NCBI GenBank assembly: GCA_013239625.1
Contig: MU054187.1
Location: forward strand, 20,959,280 to 21,023,279
Direction: 5' to 3'
From: Lama guanicoe
Lineage: Eukaryota
DNA: 64,000 nucleotides
Part shown: in pieces, positions 36,002-49,549 of the stretch
Numbering within the stretch: position 1 is the first letter of the stretch
Layout of the letters: every line of letters begins with the position of its first letter
Translations under genes and position numbers: made by a program
Notes under the pieces: generated by a model
Told to the model about the DNA's origin: nothing
Seen by the model: the letters and a program-made list of their open reading frames with translations, nothing else
The model's database searches: none

Positions 36002-37471
36002 CTTTCTAAACAGAGCAGTAAGTGATTCATATTTAAAAGAACATTGTAGAGTATCTGTGTCTATATTTTGGAGTCTAGTTCAACCTTTTTTTTTTTTCTG
36101 TTGTCCAGCTCCAAATGCAAACGAACTTTTCTTTTTTTAATCAGAAGTCCAATTAGCAGGTAGGTAGACCATAGCTACTGTTACTGCCCATTCTGTTGCT
36201 ACAGCTGCTACTGCCTCCCTCCATTTATGGATCTTCCCTCCTGGACCAGACTGATGGCTAAATGCTTATCATATTGTGCCTCATCTTTGTAACACCCTGG
36301 AGGAATTTATTATTAGCCTAATAATATCAGGAGGAAATTGAGAATCAGACAAGTGACTTGTCACATGTCTCAGGGCTGTAAATGGCTGAGTAAAGATCTG
36401 AACCCAAGACTTTTTGATTCTACAACTTGAATGTACACCACCATACCTTGTTTAAAAGATGGGGAAAAGGAGATACATTGTGTACATCACTAGGTCAGCG
36501 ACAATTTGTCTAACAAAATAGACACATTCACAACTGCTCCCTACAGCAGAGAAAATTTAAAACCACACAAAATACTTTCGGTTAGAACTGTGCTGTTACA
36601 TACCCACTCTTGTCTTCTCAGGGTTTTCTGTAGTTTCTGCTCTGGCCAGAACTGGTGAGATTTTGAACACTTTTTCATTCACTCAGCCAGTATTTGTTGG
36701 GAATCTACCATATCTAAGTCACTGTGCTTTAGGAGATTAAAAAAAAAGTTTGAAAACAAGACCAGACACTGGACCTACTCTCAGGAACTGACTATCTACT
36801 TGGGGAAAGAAATGGTACGTGTGAAAAGCAACAAAGCGTAAAGTTATCAGAATCAAGAAAAGTAGAGTTGATTTCTTATGATATTCAGGTCATTAAGGCA
36901 CTTGAAAATTTTGGAATGCAATGCCTCTCTTCTCCAGTGACTTGGCGAGGTCCTTAGGTTGGGAGATTTGACGGTGCTCTCTTGACATTGTATTTAAAGT
37001 CAGGAATGACTTATGGATCATCTAGAGGATATGGGTGGCAGGAAAAGTAAAAGGGCCAATGAAGAGGACAAAAGGAAGAGAAAGATTTAGAGATGGCCAT
37101 CTGGAAAGAAAATTGGGAGACAACAGATATGATAGATTTTTGAGGAGGAAAGAGATCAGCAGTAAATAAACATGTCGGTGACTTTGTATTCACACACACT
37201 TTATGCCCTAAAATAGAGTCCACTGTTTGGGAAAATGCATATTGCTTTGGCATACATTGAAGTGATTCAAAATCTCAAGTAAAAATATCTTATTGGAAAC
37301 TCTTACATACTATAAAAACTATAAAATGGGTTCAGAAATATCTGTGTTTTTAGATTTTGCATATGGACCGCAATATAGTTTTACTAATAATTCAGATGAG
37401 TGAACCAATAAAATGGGGATATTTTGTTGTATTTAATTTCTAAACCCATTGCATCATGTTTATAATCTTTT

Positions 37472-37614
37472 AAAAAATATTTTAAAACTTTTGGTTTTTT
37501 TGGGGGGGTAAATTAGGTTTATTTATTTATTTACTTTAATGGAGATAATGAGGATTGGACCCAGGACCTCGTGCATGCCAAGCACACACTTGACCACTGA
37601 ACTATACCTTCCCA
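37472..37614 (-). mobile_element. Vic-1-type SINE
   Basis: Reverse complement of the SINE at 1667; degenerate TSD atgttt(at/gc)aatctttt (37456-71 / 37617-32). Confidence 0.85.
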
Positions 37615-37789
37615 CTATGTTTGCAATCTTTTGGTTGTGGAATAGCTGGATCTTCCTTCCCTATTCCAGACCTCTCTCTCTTCACATCATTGCAATTGCA
37701 ATTCTAGAAAAGAAAGGTACAGAAGAAAGAAGAAAGGGAGGAGAGGAAGGAGGGGAGATAGAGGAAGAGTAACATATTCTCCAGGTCGG

Positions 37790-38097
37790 CAAAGTCCATG
37801 GAAAAGATAATGCAAGCCACGAAAGCAGGCCATGTGTAATTTCACGTTTTAAAAAAAGACACTAAGAAAGTAAAAAGAAACAGATGAAATTCATTTTCCT
37901 ACTATATTTTGTGTAACTCAGTCTTACCAAAAATGATCATTTTAACATGTAATCACTATGTTAGAAATAATTCTACTTTTTTTTTGAACTAAGATCTTGA
38001 AATCTGGTTTGGGTTTTACACTTACAGCACAGAACTAGCCAAAGCTAAAATGTGGAAGAGCCAAATGTGTGAGGGGCCACCACGTGGGGTGATGTAT
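37790..38097. mobile_element. MER33-like hAT-Charlie element
   Basis: 'gccatgtgtaattt...aagtaaaaagaaacagatgaaatt...taagatcttgaaatctgg...ttttacacttacagcaca'. Confidence 0.75.
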
Positions 38098-41000
38098 ACG
38101 TAGACGGGTCGGAAGATCTCAGGATGATGTCATGTTGTTAAATTCTTTTTGGCATCTCGCTCCTTACCAGAGATTAGCCAGGTTATATTTTAAAATACTC
38201 TCTGATTGTCTCCATTTTAGCTTTCACATTTTATTAAGAATCTAAACTGAAATTCACTGAAGTTCATTTTTGCTAAAAAATGATCCCCAAATATGGCCAG
38301 TTGGCAAAGAATGTTAATATTTATCCAATAAATATTTCTTGAAAATTTGCTTTTTCACCATTTTGTGTGTCACACAATGTTCCATAATGTATGAGAATGG
38401 AACTTTCAGTGTAGAAGGGGCAAACAGTGACAAATTCCATAAGAGGTAAAAATAATGTTCAGGGTTAAAATGGCATCTCATTTTGTATTAAATCAGAGGA
38501 TTACTTTCCCTGTGTAATTCCACTCAGAATATGACTCGTAATACAGTGAATAAAGTCAAACCAGTTTTTGTTGACTCTAGGTAGAATGACACATTAATTG
38601 AAATACTCCACATTTATAGTATATTAAGCAATTTGTGTAGTCTCCAAGATGTAAAGTGATTTAGTATCTTTGCTTAATACTGAGGAATCACCAAGAATTT
38701 GATGGGGAAATATGAGTACTGGATTTTGATTTATTATCTCTCATTATTTGCTTATTTGAGAGGTAAGAATATGTCCATTTTTCCTTTACAGGTTGTGTCC
38801 TTGTGTGAGTGAGGTGGGGGGGATGATTGTGTGAATGTGAGTGAGGGGCAAGGAAGGGGTTAATTGCTTATAAACATCTTTACAAATGGCATTAGGTATC
38901 CAGTGGCCGTATAGAATCAAGTTAGGGGAATAGTTGTCATTATTTTTTTGCCCATTTATTTGATACCATGTCTCATTGTCTCTAAAAGATGCCTGACGTT
39001 ATGAAATTTAAATAAATCTCACTATGAGATAGATTTCCTGTTTTTGAGGCCCATGAAAGGAATTGGAAAGACTTGCAGCATGTTAATGCCAAATTTTGGA
39101 TTCTGAGTTTTTGACGGAATGTGTCCACAGTTTTGATTCAGGTGTATAACTCCAAAACTAACTAATTTTAAAATATTAATGAACTGGTGATACTTTTTTC
39201 CCTTCGTGTTAGAAGTACTTTTGTGAATTTAGTGTCTTTATCTAGTGAGCATCATATTGGTCCATCTAGCTGACCTTCAGTGAGGGGAGGATTCCTTCAT
39301 TCCTTTTGATCTTTGGTAAAGGAGAAGCAGCTGAGTATATCTAGCAAGTACTAAAATTCCATGATCTCAGATTACATTTACAACATACCCGGGAGAAAAG
39401 ATATGCTTTGGATTTGTTACAGGTGAAAAAAAATTATTTGGCCTTATAACTTCCTTTAATATAAGAGCAAGAAGTTTGATACAGAATGTTACTCATGCTC
39501 AAAATTCAGACTTTTAATTTTATACTTTATTAGATGATTCTTCTCCAGATAACTAAATTGATGTGCATGTTCTAAATGTGTATCTTTTAAGAATGAAATG
39601 AAAGTAAAAAAATGCTCAGAAAGTCTTAAAGGGAAGTACTGTTGTTACAATAGTTTTGATAACTGAAATTTTAATCACATACTAGGGAGAAGACTCAAAA
39701 TTTGCCTTTTCCTCTTTATTCATATTATTTGATATGTGTCTTTTCAGGTTTTATTTAAATAAAGAATGATATAGTTTATAATAAACACTTGTAATTATGC
39801 AATACATTATGTAATTTATGCAGTTTATATATAGTAATCACAGAAGTATTTATATGCCTAGTACATTATATTAATTATATATATTGTCAAAACTTTTTCC
39901 ACTTAAGTATATGTTAAACACACTGTCATTATTATTTTCAGCATAAATTTAATGCTTATATAGTATTTCATTGTAGTAATATACTTTGCAGTAAGTACGC
40001 CACTGTGAATAATTCACTTCGTTCTTTTTGGTTTTTTTTTTGGCTGTCATTTTAAATAATGTGTATTTCCATACTTCTATCTTTTTGTATTCATTTTATT
40101 CCAGTGTTGTAACATTGTGTACACTTTTAATTGATACTAATTCATACATTTTTGGGGTTATATTCTTGGTGAAAACACAAGCCTAATCCTTCATCCATTG
40201 CCCAGCCAAGGAATTTGCCTTCTTAGCCAACATAGGTAGAAAAACTGACTGGACTGGGCTTACATACAGATGAGATAAAAACACAAATTCATAGCTGAAT
40301 AATATATGATTTATCAAAGGTATTTTCAGGAGCAATTTTTACAAACCTTTCATGGTAACATTAGAATGTAACCGCTAGGAAATAGGCTATATAATTGCAT
40401 TATGTAGAATTTATTTCTTTTTTTTTTAGCACAGGCAATGACATTTTGAACATTTGATTTAAAAAACTGCCAAACATTAAAAAAATTAAGTATAAAATGT
40501 TACACTGATTTCTTAATATTTCACCATATACATGGGTCTGTATTAACTTTTGAGTACTGTATTTGCTTATTAAGCACAAATAATAACACTTTTTAAGTAA
40601 TATATCATTCATAGGTGAAAGCCACTTGAAATGAATTAACATAAAAACAGTATTACATGGGAAAGGATTAGAGACATCAGTACTTTTTGCAATTGTAAAT
40701 TAATTATTTCCAACAACGGGACAGAGGAATGTTAGTTATTTTCAGAAGAAAACAAATGGAACTGGGAAGGATGTTTATGGCATTTGCCATTTATCTCTCC
40801 GGTGAATTGAGTTTTTTATCTGCCTAAGGAGAGTGCCTGGTGCCCTGAGTCTTTTTCTGGAGAAGAGAAGCTATACATACAAATCCTCCTTTTAATTCCT
40901 GCAGAGTTGCCAAGAGGAGTTGAGTTTGCTGAAAAGAACCAGGACCATTTGGTGTCTGTTGTGTGAATTACAATAGAATTCTGGAAAGTACAGGAAGAAA

Positions 41001-41198
41001 AATTTCCCAGCAGATTATTCTAAACTAATTTTAATGGAAGTTTTCAAATGCTTTTCTTTCATTGACTCATGGCTTGACTAGGGTTTCCTCCCATCACGCT
41101 GGTGATGACAATAGTGAAAAATGGTGCTACTCAGAAATAATCTGTGGCTGATCGGTTGCTAGCTGGAGACAGGAAGTTGAGACTTCCTAGCAATGTTA

Positions 41199-41351
41199 TT
41201 TATTTATTTTTTTGTTTTTTGATTTTTTTTTTTGACTGGGAGGTAATTAGATTTATCTATTTATTTATTACTTTTGCCGGAGGTACCAGGGATTGAACCC
41301 ATGACCTCATGCCTGCTGGGCATTCACTCTACCACTGGGCTATACCCTCCC
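41199..41351 (-). mobile_element. Vic-1-type SINE
   Basis: 'gggattgaaccc...ctctaccactgggctataccctcccc' (A/B boxes on minus); TSD cttcctagcaat (41183-94 / 41352-63). Confidence 0.9.
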
Positions 41352-42679
41352 CTTCCTAGCAATTTTATGTCTCATTGTATGTCTTTTTGTTTTCTTTATT
41401 TTTCTAGTCATTCATTTTTATTTTATTTTATAAAATATTGCTTTGTGATTTCTTGGAAATTAAAAAAATGGTCGTTATCACAGGTTGTTTAAGAAGCTCT
41501 GGTATAAAACATAGCACATTGTACTTAAGAATTTTTAGTCCTTTCTAGATTATATTCTTCTTAAAGCCTATAATTCAGTCATTCACTAACTCACATTCAT
41601 TCATTCATAAACACTTACCAGTTGACACAGTGTTAGTTACTGTTACACAGAATAGATAGTACACTTTCCCATTCTCAACGGGCTCACAATCTCCAGCTAC
41701 TCTATGAGAGCAGCTGCCCCATTGTTTATAGACTCAGTAAAGGTTCCTAGAATTAACTATATTATTTAAGTTAATATACATGTGTGAATATACACTTATA
41801 CAATGTTTTGGGTTTTTTAAACTTGTAGCATTATATGTTAATTACCTAACATTTCAAAAGTAATCACTTCAGGCAAGTCATAATGAATTATTCTTATAAT
41901 TGAACAATTTTGAACAAAATAGGAAAAATAACATGTAGAGACTGATTCTCAGTAGTTCACCCAAAAGATCTGAAAATATCAGAATCATCTATTGATAGGC
42001 TGATCTCAGCTCAAAAAAAAAAAAAAAAAGGCAAGGAAAGACGAGCACAAAAAATATATTTTTTCTGTTCAGATTAAAACATCTGGAAGAATTTTGATAA
42101 ATTAAAAATCTATAAATAATATTATGTGATTACCTTACAATAAATAATAGAATAAGCTATTTTTTCTTATTTACAAAGATTATATTTTGACTTACTCAGT
42201 TCATGTTGAATGCATATAAACTTTCACTGTAACTCTGCGTGTTACTACTGCCTGCAGGTTTTACCTGTATGTTTTTATATAGTCCCTCCATCAGTATCAA
42301 TTTGACCTAAATCAAGTTACCTTGCTTTATGTTTATCTGTTTATATACTTTCACAAAAGTGTTGTCGCACCATATTATGTTCCCCAAAGTGCCACTGTGA
42401 CATTTTGCTTTTTTATAATATTTGGTGAATTCTTAAATGTATATTTTTTGCACATGCCATATGTTCAGCTACTGTCACACATTTCTTCATAAGGAAAGAT
42501 CATGCGGGTATTTCTACAGTCATTTCCCAAAATAATTTACTCTGAAGACACAATTTTAGTAAGCAAAAGGCGTGTTCACTATACTATGTTTAAAAAATAA
42601 TGCATACTAGTTATTTAAATTCTTACTGTGGACTAGGCCAGAAAACATCCCTAGGGCTCTGAGGTTCATAATTTCTGTT

Positions 42680-42800
42680 CGTATTTTATAGATGGTGGAC
42701 TTGGGACTGGAGAATCAATAGGATTAAGTTACTTACCCAGGGTGACAGGGCTAGTAAGTAGCAGAGCTAAAGCTTCAGCCCAGGTCAGTCTGATGGGAGG
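42680..42800 (-). mobile_element. MIR fragment
   Basis: 'attttatagatg...ttaagttacttacccagggtgacagggctagtaagtagcagagct...cccaggtcagtctga'; similar remnants at ~15905, 21560, 30010, 36240, 46560, 48240, 58915. Confidence 0.7.
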
Positions 42801-42876
42801 CTCAAATTGTAACCCACTGGGTTACTCTCGTCTCATAATATGTGCTGTGTTACCTTGGACTTGGGTAAACAGACCT

Positions 42877-43234
42877 TGCCTCAGTCTGTTTGGGTTGCTA
42901 TAGTAATACCGTAGACTACGTGACTTACAAACAGTAGAAATTTATTTCTCACAGTTTTGGAGGCTGGGGGTCCAAGATCGGACTCGCAGATTCAGCGTCC
43001 GATGAGGCTTTCTGGTTCATAGGCAGCTGACTGCATCTTTCACCCTCACGTGGCGGAAGGGGTGAGGGCGCTCTCTGGGGTCCCTTCTGTAAGGGCACTG
43101 ATGTCATTCTTGAGGGCCCCACTCTTGTGACATAATCACTGTCCAAAGGCCTCATGCCCTCATACGCTCACCTTGTGGGGGTTAGGACTTCAACTTGTGA
43201 ATTTAGGGGAGACACAAACATTCAACCCATAATG
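42877..43234 (-). mobile_element. MLT1A/MLT1A0 MaLR LTR
   Basis: 'agaaatttatttctcacagttttggaggctgg...ccaagatc...taagggcact...gaatttaggggagacacaaacattca'. Confidence 0.85.
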
Positions 43235-43913
43235 CCCTTCATTTGATATTATTATTATTTTTTCTGACTAGCAAAATGTGTGTTGACCCTTTAACTTGAC
43301 TTCAAAGCCATTGACCTCAGATAATGTTCTCAATATACAGTTATTGGACAGCTGCTATCTTGGCTCAAGCCAGCTAAAGTAACAACAATTTAGAAGTTTA
43401 AGGGCCCCTATCCCCTTATTGCTCTTGTCTCGAGTGTCTCCAAGGTAAGAGAAATCAGGTGAGGATGGGGATGGCTGGAAATCAACTACAGGAAGCCCTT
43501 TCCTGTTCAGGAGTTAAGCATTGATCTGTTTACGTTTGAATTGGAGAGGATTCTAAAAATATCATAACTTAAAAATATTGCACAGTCCCGCTCCAACACA
43601 CATGCAAGGTATTAAATGGAGAAACCACTGTCACTCTATTACCTGGTTTTATGTTTTCAATATTCTTTGACTTCCACTGTAGCACATTACTTGAAGGAAG
43701 AATTTAACCTAAATTCAATGTATCTTTGGTGGGGATGTGGGGGCTAGAAATAGCAGAGGTTTCTAAAACACTAAGTTAACAATGAAAAGAACAAAGAGAA
43801 ATCCGTAATTTCAAGGCATTTATCTTTGTGAATCTGCCTTAAAAAGTGTGGTCTGAGAAGGAGAAATAAATAGCAAATTAGAAGTTTTAATTCAGCAAAT
43901 AAATGATGAGTAT

Positions 43914-44296
43914 TGTGTTAGTTGGCTAGGATGGCCATGGCAAAATTCTACAGATGAGTGACTTAAACAAAGGAAATTTATTTTCTCAAAGTTCCAGAGG
44001 CTAGAAGCCCAAGGTGAAGGTGTCAGCAGGGTTGGTGGTTTTGAAGCCTCTGGCCATGACTTGCAGCCTTCTTGCTGTGTCCTCAGGTGATTTTGCCTCT
44101 GTATGCTCACATCCTTGGTGTCTCAGTTTCTTTTTCTTATAGTCAACAGTATTTGGCTAGGTCCAACCCATATGACTTCATCATCTTAGTTACCTCTCTA
44201 AAAGGCTCCCATCTCTAAATACAGTTGCATGCCCAGGTACTGGGAGTTATGACTTTAACATGTGAATTTTTGGGAGACATGATTCAGTCATTAGTA
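43914..44296 (-). mobile_element. MLT1B MaLR LTR
   Basis: 'gaaatttattttctca...aaggtgtcagcagggttgg...gtgtcctca...atctctaaatacagt...gaggtactggg-like end'. Confidence 0.8.
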
Positions 44297-44957
44297 ATTA
44301 TCAAGTATTCTAAACACTGTGGGAAATACTAGGCAAATTAGATCATGCTTCTGGCATTCAAGGGGTTGGCAAGTCTGGCTGGGACAGGCTAAAACCACCC
44401 ATGACTTTTGAGCGTGTGGGTGATCTGGAGGTAACTTTCAGCCTTTCCTGTGGTACCTAAAATTCGGAGCCCTCATTTGAGTAGCTGGGGGAAGTGCTCT
44501 TTACTCAGTCACTCAAAAGCTACTCATTTTAAGAGGCACTTTTCTTATTAGGAAATGTAACTGTTTCATCAAGGCCGTATACTAGAAACACTGGAAGGGA
44601 CAGTTCAGTAGGAGCATTTGATTAAGGGTTGAAATGGTCGTTTGGACAGTCAGATTAGAGGAGAGTATGAATTTAGGTTTTCAAGGGAAGCGTTTAAGGA
44701 ATCAGTTGCTAGAAAAACTGACTGGTGCTTTAGGTCAGGAATAAGGAGAATGAGGTTGGGATTGTGTCTGTGGAGGTGATATGTGACTGCTGCTGAAATG
44801 AAAATGCGTGGCTCTGAGAGTAAGGAATCTTAGGCAGGAAAGAGCTTCTTGTATGGTGTATTCATGCCTTGTTAGTGTGTGAAAGCCAGGCAGACCAACG
44901 AGGAAGCTGGAAAGATCATGTCTCTGTGGAAGCAGAGGGAGAAATTATTAAGAAAAA

Positions 44958-45187
44958 GGGATACATCTGGGAATTTAAGATTTACAATATTAGCCACTAG
45001 ATATAAAAAATAGATGAAAAAAAGTTTCTTCTCTGTAGCACAGGGAACTATGTTCAATATCTTGTAATAACTTTTAATGACAAAGAATATGAAAACGAAT
45101 ATATGTATGTGTGTGCATGACTGGGACAATGTGCTGCACACCGGAAATTGACACATTGTAAATGACTATACTTCAATTAAAAAAAAA
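44958..45187 (+). mobile_element. 5'-truncated L1 3' end (camelid-type)
   Basis: 'gtagcacagggaactatgttcaatatcttgtaataac...gaaattgacacattgtaaatgactatacttcaattaaaaaaaaa'. Confidence 0.9.
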
Positions 45188-46769
45188 GAGGGTCTATGAA
45201 AGTAGGGTTCACAATTTGCAGTTTAAAAAACGTATTAATATACTTAATTTGTTAAGAGTATTATTATTGGGAAGGAAGATTTTAGCCACAAAACCTTACT
45301 AGCAACTGTCAGGTATAGATCAGATCCACCATTTTTCGGTCAGCAGTTTGAGCTTTCTTTGCATGTGGTGGTACATACCCCCTGGTGGGGAACTAAGGAA
45401 CTCTGAAGACTGATTAGTACATGAAGTTCTTTTCTGTAGAGCATTAAATTGTGAAATCAGTATGAAAAGTATTAGAAAGTTGTCATTACCACAGGACCCA
45501 TAACCTTTTAAGATTTGAAATTATTTTTGTCTTTATACAATATTAGTTTTTTTTTAAAAATCAGGATTTTCTATCTTTTTATAAAAGTAAATCAGAGTAC
45601 ACTAACAAAGTAGAAAGGTTATCATGAGTTATTCTTTTCTCCCTCAAAATATGATGAGTATATCCACCTTTTTAGACATCTTCTCAGAGCTGGAAGAGCT
45701 TAACCGTGCCTGGTAAGTTTGTTCAACTAGTCAGGTTTTACTGGCACTGCTGATACAGCTGTGATCGTTCTTAATCCCTTCAGGAGCAGCGTGAACTTTC
45801 CAGAAGGTGGGTTCTCGGCTACTAGAGAAGGGAGCATCTCGGGAAGGGCCTTGGACCTGTGGGCAGAAGACCTGCAGGTAATTCCTGCCCTGGCTTTTGT
45901 GATCACATCACACTTTCCTGGACTGAGCCTCAGTTTCCTCTTCTGTAGAAAGTGGCATTAAATTCCTGTGCCCTGTCTCATGATTGGGGTGATTGACAGA
46001 AAAAGCACTTAAATAGTGTTATTCAACCATATTTAAAAATAAGGAAGTTTTAAAGCAGGAATAGAAAGGGGGCTGAAACTGCCCTTTTGTGATAGAAGAG
46101 AGTTCTTTCTCTAACGTGGCTTCCTCAACAGCCCTGTCTAAATGTGAGCTCTGTTATACCTAGTGGCCTGCGGTAAAGAGAGAAATAAGAAGGAAAGAAT
46201 CCATTTAGTTGGAAGGTTGTATTGGCTACGTGAAATTGCCATCCCTTTGGGAGTTATGCAATACTCTGCTTTAATTAAAAAAAAAAAGTTAAAAAAGATT
46301 TAACTGATAAATATTGCAAATATACCCTCCCCCTCCCCTCAAAAGAAGCTCTCCACCTCAGGTATCACAAGGAGGCTGTAGTTTCAGGAAGTATTGTCTT
46401 TTGGATACTTGCTGACATCCAAGAGATTCACATGCAGTTTTCAAAAGAACAGGACTGCTGACCTAACACAATGTAACTCCTTGCTCTTTGTGGGTTTCCT
46501 TTCGCTGGCCCCTTTGTGGCCCCAGTTATAAACCCCATGAAAGCTTTTTGATTTAAGTCCGGTGTATTGTGAAAAGCACACCTTTCGAATCTGGACTCAG
46601 AGACTGGCTTTGCATCCTAATCTCTGAAAGCTTCCTTTTGTCACCTGGAAAATGGGGATGATAACATCTAACAGGAATGGCTGCGGTGAGAATCGCCTTT
46701 CATAAACTGAGCCCCGACATGACAGTGTTTTTAATAAATGATGGCTGCTTTCTTTTAACTCAGTGGCCT

Positions 46770-46930
46770 TACATCCAATTTAGAAGCATCTGGGAGTTAA
46801 AAAAAAAAAACCCTCTGTGCTCTGATTGCAGCCTTGAGACTCAGATTCCTGAGTCTTCAGGGTGGAGCTTGGGAATCTGCATATTAGAGGTTCCCTCATT
46901 TTATTTTAAGGCGCTATTGGAATGGCAAGC
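46770..46930. mobile_element. MER5-like hAT-Charlie fragment
   Basis: 'agaagcatctgggag...tcagattcctgag...gggtggagcttgggaatctgcatattag'. Confidence 0.55.
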
Positions 46931-47381
46931 AGTGCTATAATCACACTGGGTAAATGGAAAACATTACAAAGTAGATTTAGCATTCTGGTGTCCTATTCCT
47001 TTACCTTTCCATGTCCAACTTGTATGTGTGTATATGCACCTATATGGGTTCCAGAACAATGACTGTTTCTGAACAGGCAGCTGTCATTAATGTATAATAT
47101 GCTGCCTCTTTGTATTTGCATCTCATTTACTTTTGGTTGACAACTTATGTGGTGTGGTTATGAATTAACGGGGCTACTTTTCTCATATGGCAAAACCTTC
47201 ACAAAGGCAGTTATTAAAGAGGAGTATGGCAACATTGTTGGAATAAGGGTATGTCTGTGAAGCTGACGGCTTTGGATTGACAATACAGACATCAGGGCAG
47301 ATATTCTGATATGTTTTAAAAATGAAACTCACTTCTTTATATGCTGTCTGGTTCTACAGCCTCAGAATTTTACAAGCTTAG

Positions 47382-47419
<38 letters not shown>

Positions 47420-49074
47420 CTTAATTATTTTTCAAAAATTTAAAATTACTTTTACAGAGCCTCTCTATTGACAGCTGACAAGCCTTTAAGTCTTGTATTT
47501 AACATTTTGATAACCAGTATTCAATACATTATAGATTTCCCCAAATGAATGTTTTTTCATCAACCTTCTTACATTACTGCACTACACTATAGACGTCTAT
47601 GGGCTAGTGCCACCATGAACTGCTTTTATTCTCATTTAATGGGTCATCCATAAAAACGCTGTCTCATTAGCCTTCAGAAGACACAAGAAGGCTGGTGTTA
47701 TGATGTAAACAAAATAAATACAAGTACATACTGAAGAATCCAAGTAGAGATGAAGTGTGTGTCAAATCTGCTCCTCTGGGTCACTCCCTCCACCAGTGCA
47801 GAAAATGGAGAAATACTCATGATATAGCACTGTACTTTTGTTTTATTCATTGGCAGAACCCAGATTGTAAGATCACGGGCCACTGAAAATTTATTTTAGA
47901 GTTGGCTCAACATTTTTTGTTCCATTTTATTTTCACAACTTTAATTCTTTAAAATGAGACTCTGTACGGATCATGCTTGTATGAGAGACACATGTGTGTA
48001 GATTATTCGTGTCACTCTGTTTCCATAAATTGCATCAGCAGCAGCAGCGTAACCAATTTTGGTGTACCTCAGGCGTGCTAGGCACTGACATAAGAATGAT
48101 TCGTGTAATCTCCGTGTTGTTCATATGATTCTGGTGAGTGATGATGCAGTTGTGTGTGATGTTTGAATGCTGGTTTCTTCCTTCATGTGTTTCATAATTT
48201 CATGATGACCAGTAAAAATCAGCGCCAACACCTGCATACCCACCGTGTGCCAGGTATTCAGTAGTCATCGTTTCATTGTGTAGACACAACCCCTGAAAGG
48301 TAGATGTCTTATTATCCCCATTTTAGAAATGATGGAACTTCAAATTTGGGTCACTTGCCCATGTCAGTCAGCAAGTGGCAGAGCAGAGATGTGAAAATAT
48401 GTCTGCGTGACTCTGTACCTGACCTCTTTCTTGTAAACAGTACTGTGTTGTCATCGTAACCTCCACTGTTACCCAAAGATCAGAAGAATTTAGAGTTCTC
48501 AGAGCCCCTTAGTTAATTCTCTAAAAACTCTTCCGGATTTGCAATGCACAGCAACTAGCTTTCCAGTCACAGCTTGGACTGGGGCCTAAAACGGTCTATT
48601 GAGTGTTTGGTTGTATAAATGACTGCAGCAACTTGCCCATCTTCTCCATCAAGCTACTGAATGGGAATGTAATTAGACCCAGCACTTAGATTTTGTTTCC
48701 TCCCATGATGTTTTTATCATTTGGTGATTAGATTACAATGTCAGTGATGAGCAATGCATAGTTTCCCCACTCTAAGCAATAAGAAACTCTGTGTCCTGTG
48801 GTTGAAGTTGGCGGCTGGGTTAATCCACTAACTGCCTGTACCTTGATCCAGAATGATATACTGATGAGTGGTGATGAATTCCGTGAAATTCAGGAAGCTG
48901 CTCTGTTGGCTGACATCGAGATGTGTTATGATTTGATAAGGCTGTGTATAAATGTTTCCACTCACTCAGAACCCAGGAAAATATATTTAGAATATAGAGG
49001 AGAGAATCTGTGTAGCTGGAGAACCATCCATAGGGGGAAAGAAATCTATGAAAACAGTGTAATACTAATAAAAA

Positions 49075-49250
49075 TGAACATAGTTCCCTGTGCTATACAG
49101 AAGAAACTTTTTAAAAAGTCTATTTTTATGTATAATGGCAATATTTAAATGAATATATGCCTGTATATGCATGACTGGGATATTGTGCTGTATACCAGAG
49201 ATTGATACATTATAACTGACTGTATTTCAACTAAAATTAATTAACTTATG
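49075..49250 (+). mobile_element. L1 3' end with 5' inversion
   Basis: 49075-49145 is antisense L1, 49147-49235 is sense L1 (compare the copy at 44958). Confidence 0.85.
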
Positions 49251-49411
49251 ATAATAATAATAATATCCTCAAAAACTTTTTAGTACTTGTCTATTTGCCA
49301 AGCAATATTCTAAGCACATTGCATGCGTTAATAGCAGAGAGGAAATTGAAGTATAGGGAAGGTAAACCCAGGTTACAGTGTGTAGCAAAGCCAGATTTTA
49401 TTCCAGATCCT

Positions 49412-49549
49412 ATTTTTTTCACAGTTTTATGGAGATATCATTGACATATAAAAATCGTGTATATTTAAGATATATAACTTGATATTTTGGTATACAGCCA
49501 CACTGTGAAATGATCACCATATTCTAGCTAATTAACGTATCCATCACCC
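49412..49549 (-). mobile_element. L1MA-type 3' end
   Basis: 'cagttttatggagatatcattgacatata...tgtgaaatgatcacca...ctaattaacgtatccatcacc'. Confidence 0.75.

Noticed and set aside
38763..38791. GTAAGA...tttacAG looking like an intron
   Set aside because: Only 29 nt, far below the minimal mammalian spliceosomal intron size
47107..47121. CTTTGT next to ATTTGCAT as a SOX2-OCT4 composite
   Set aside because: Octamer orientation is opposite to the canonical CWTTGT-N-ATGCAAAT element
48861..48915. CTGATGA...GAAA (hammerhead core) and GTGATGA...CTGA (C/D snoRNA boxes)
   Set aside because: No stem II closing at G...C-GAAA; the C-to-D distance is only ~42 nt with no terminal stem
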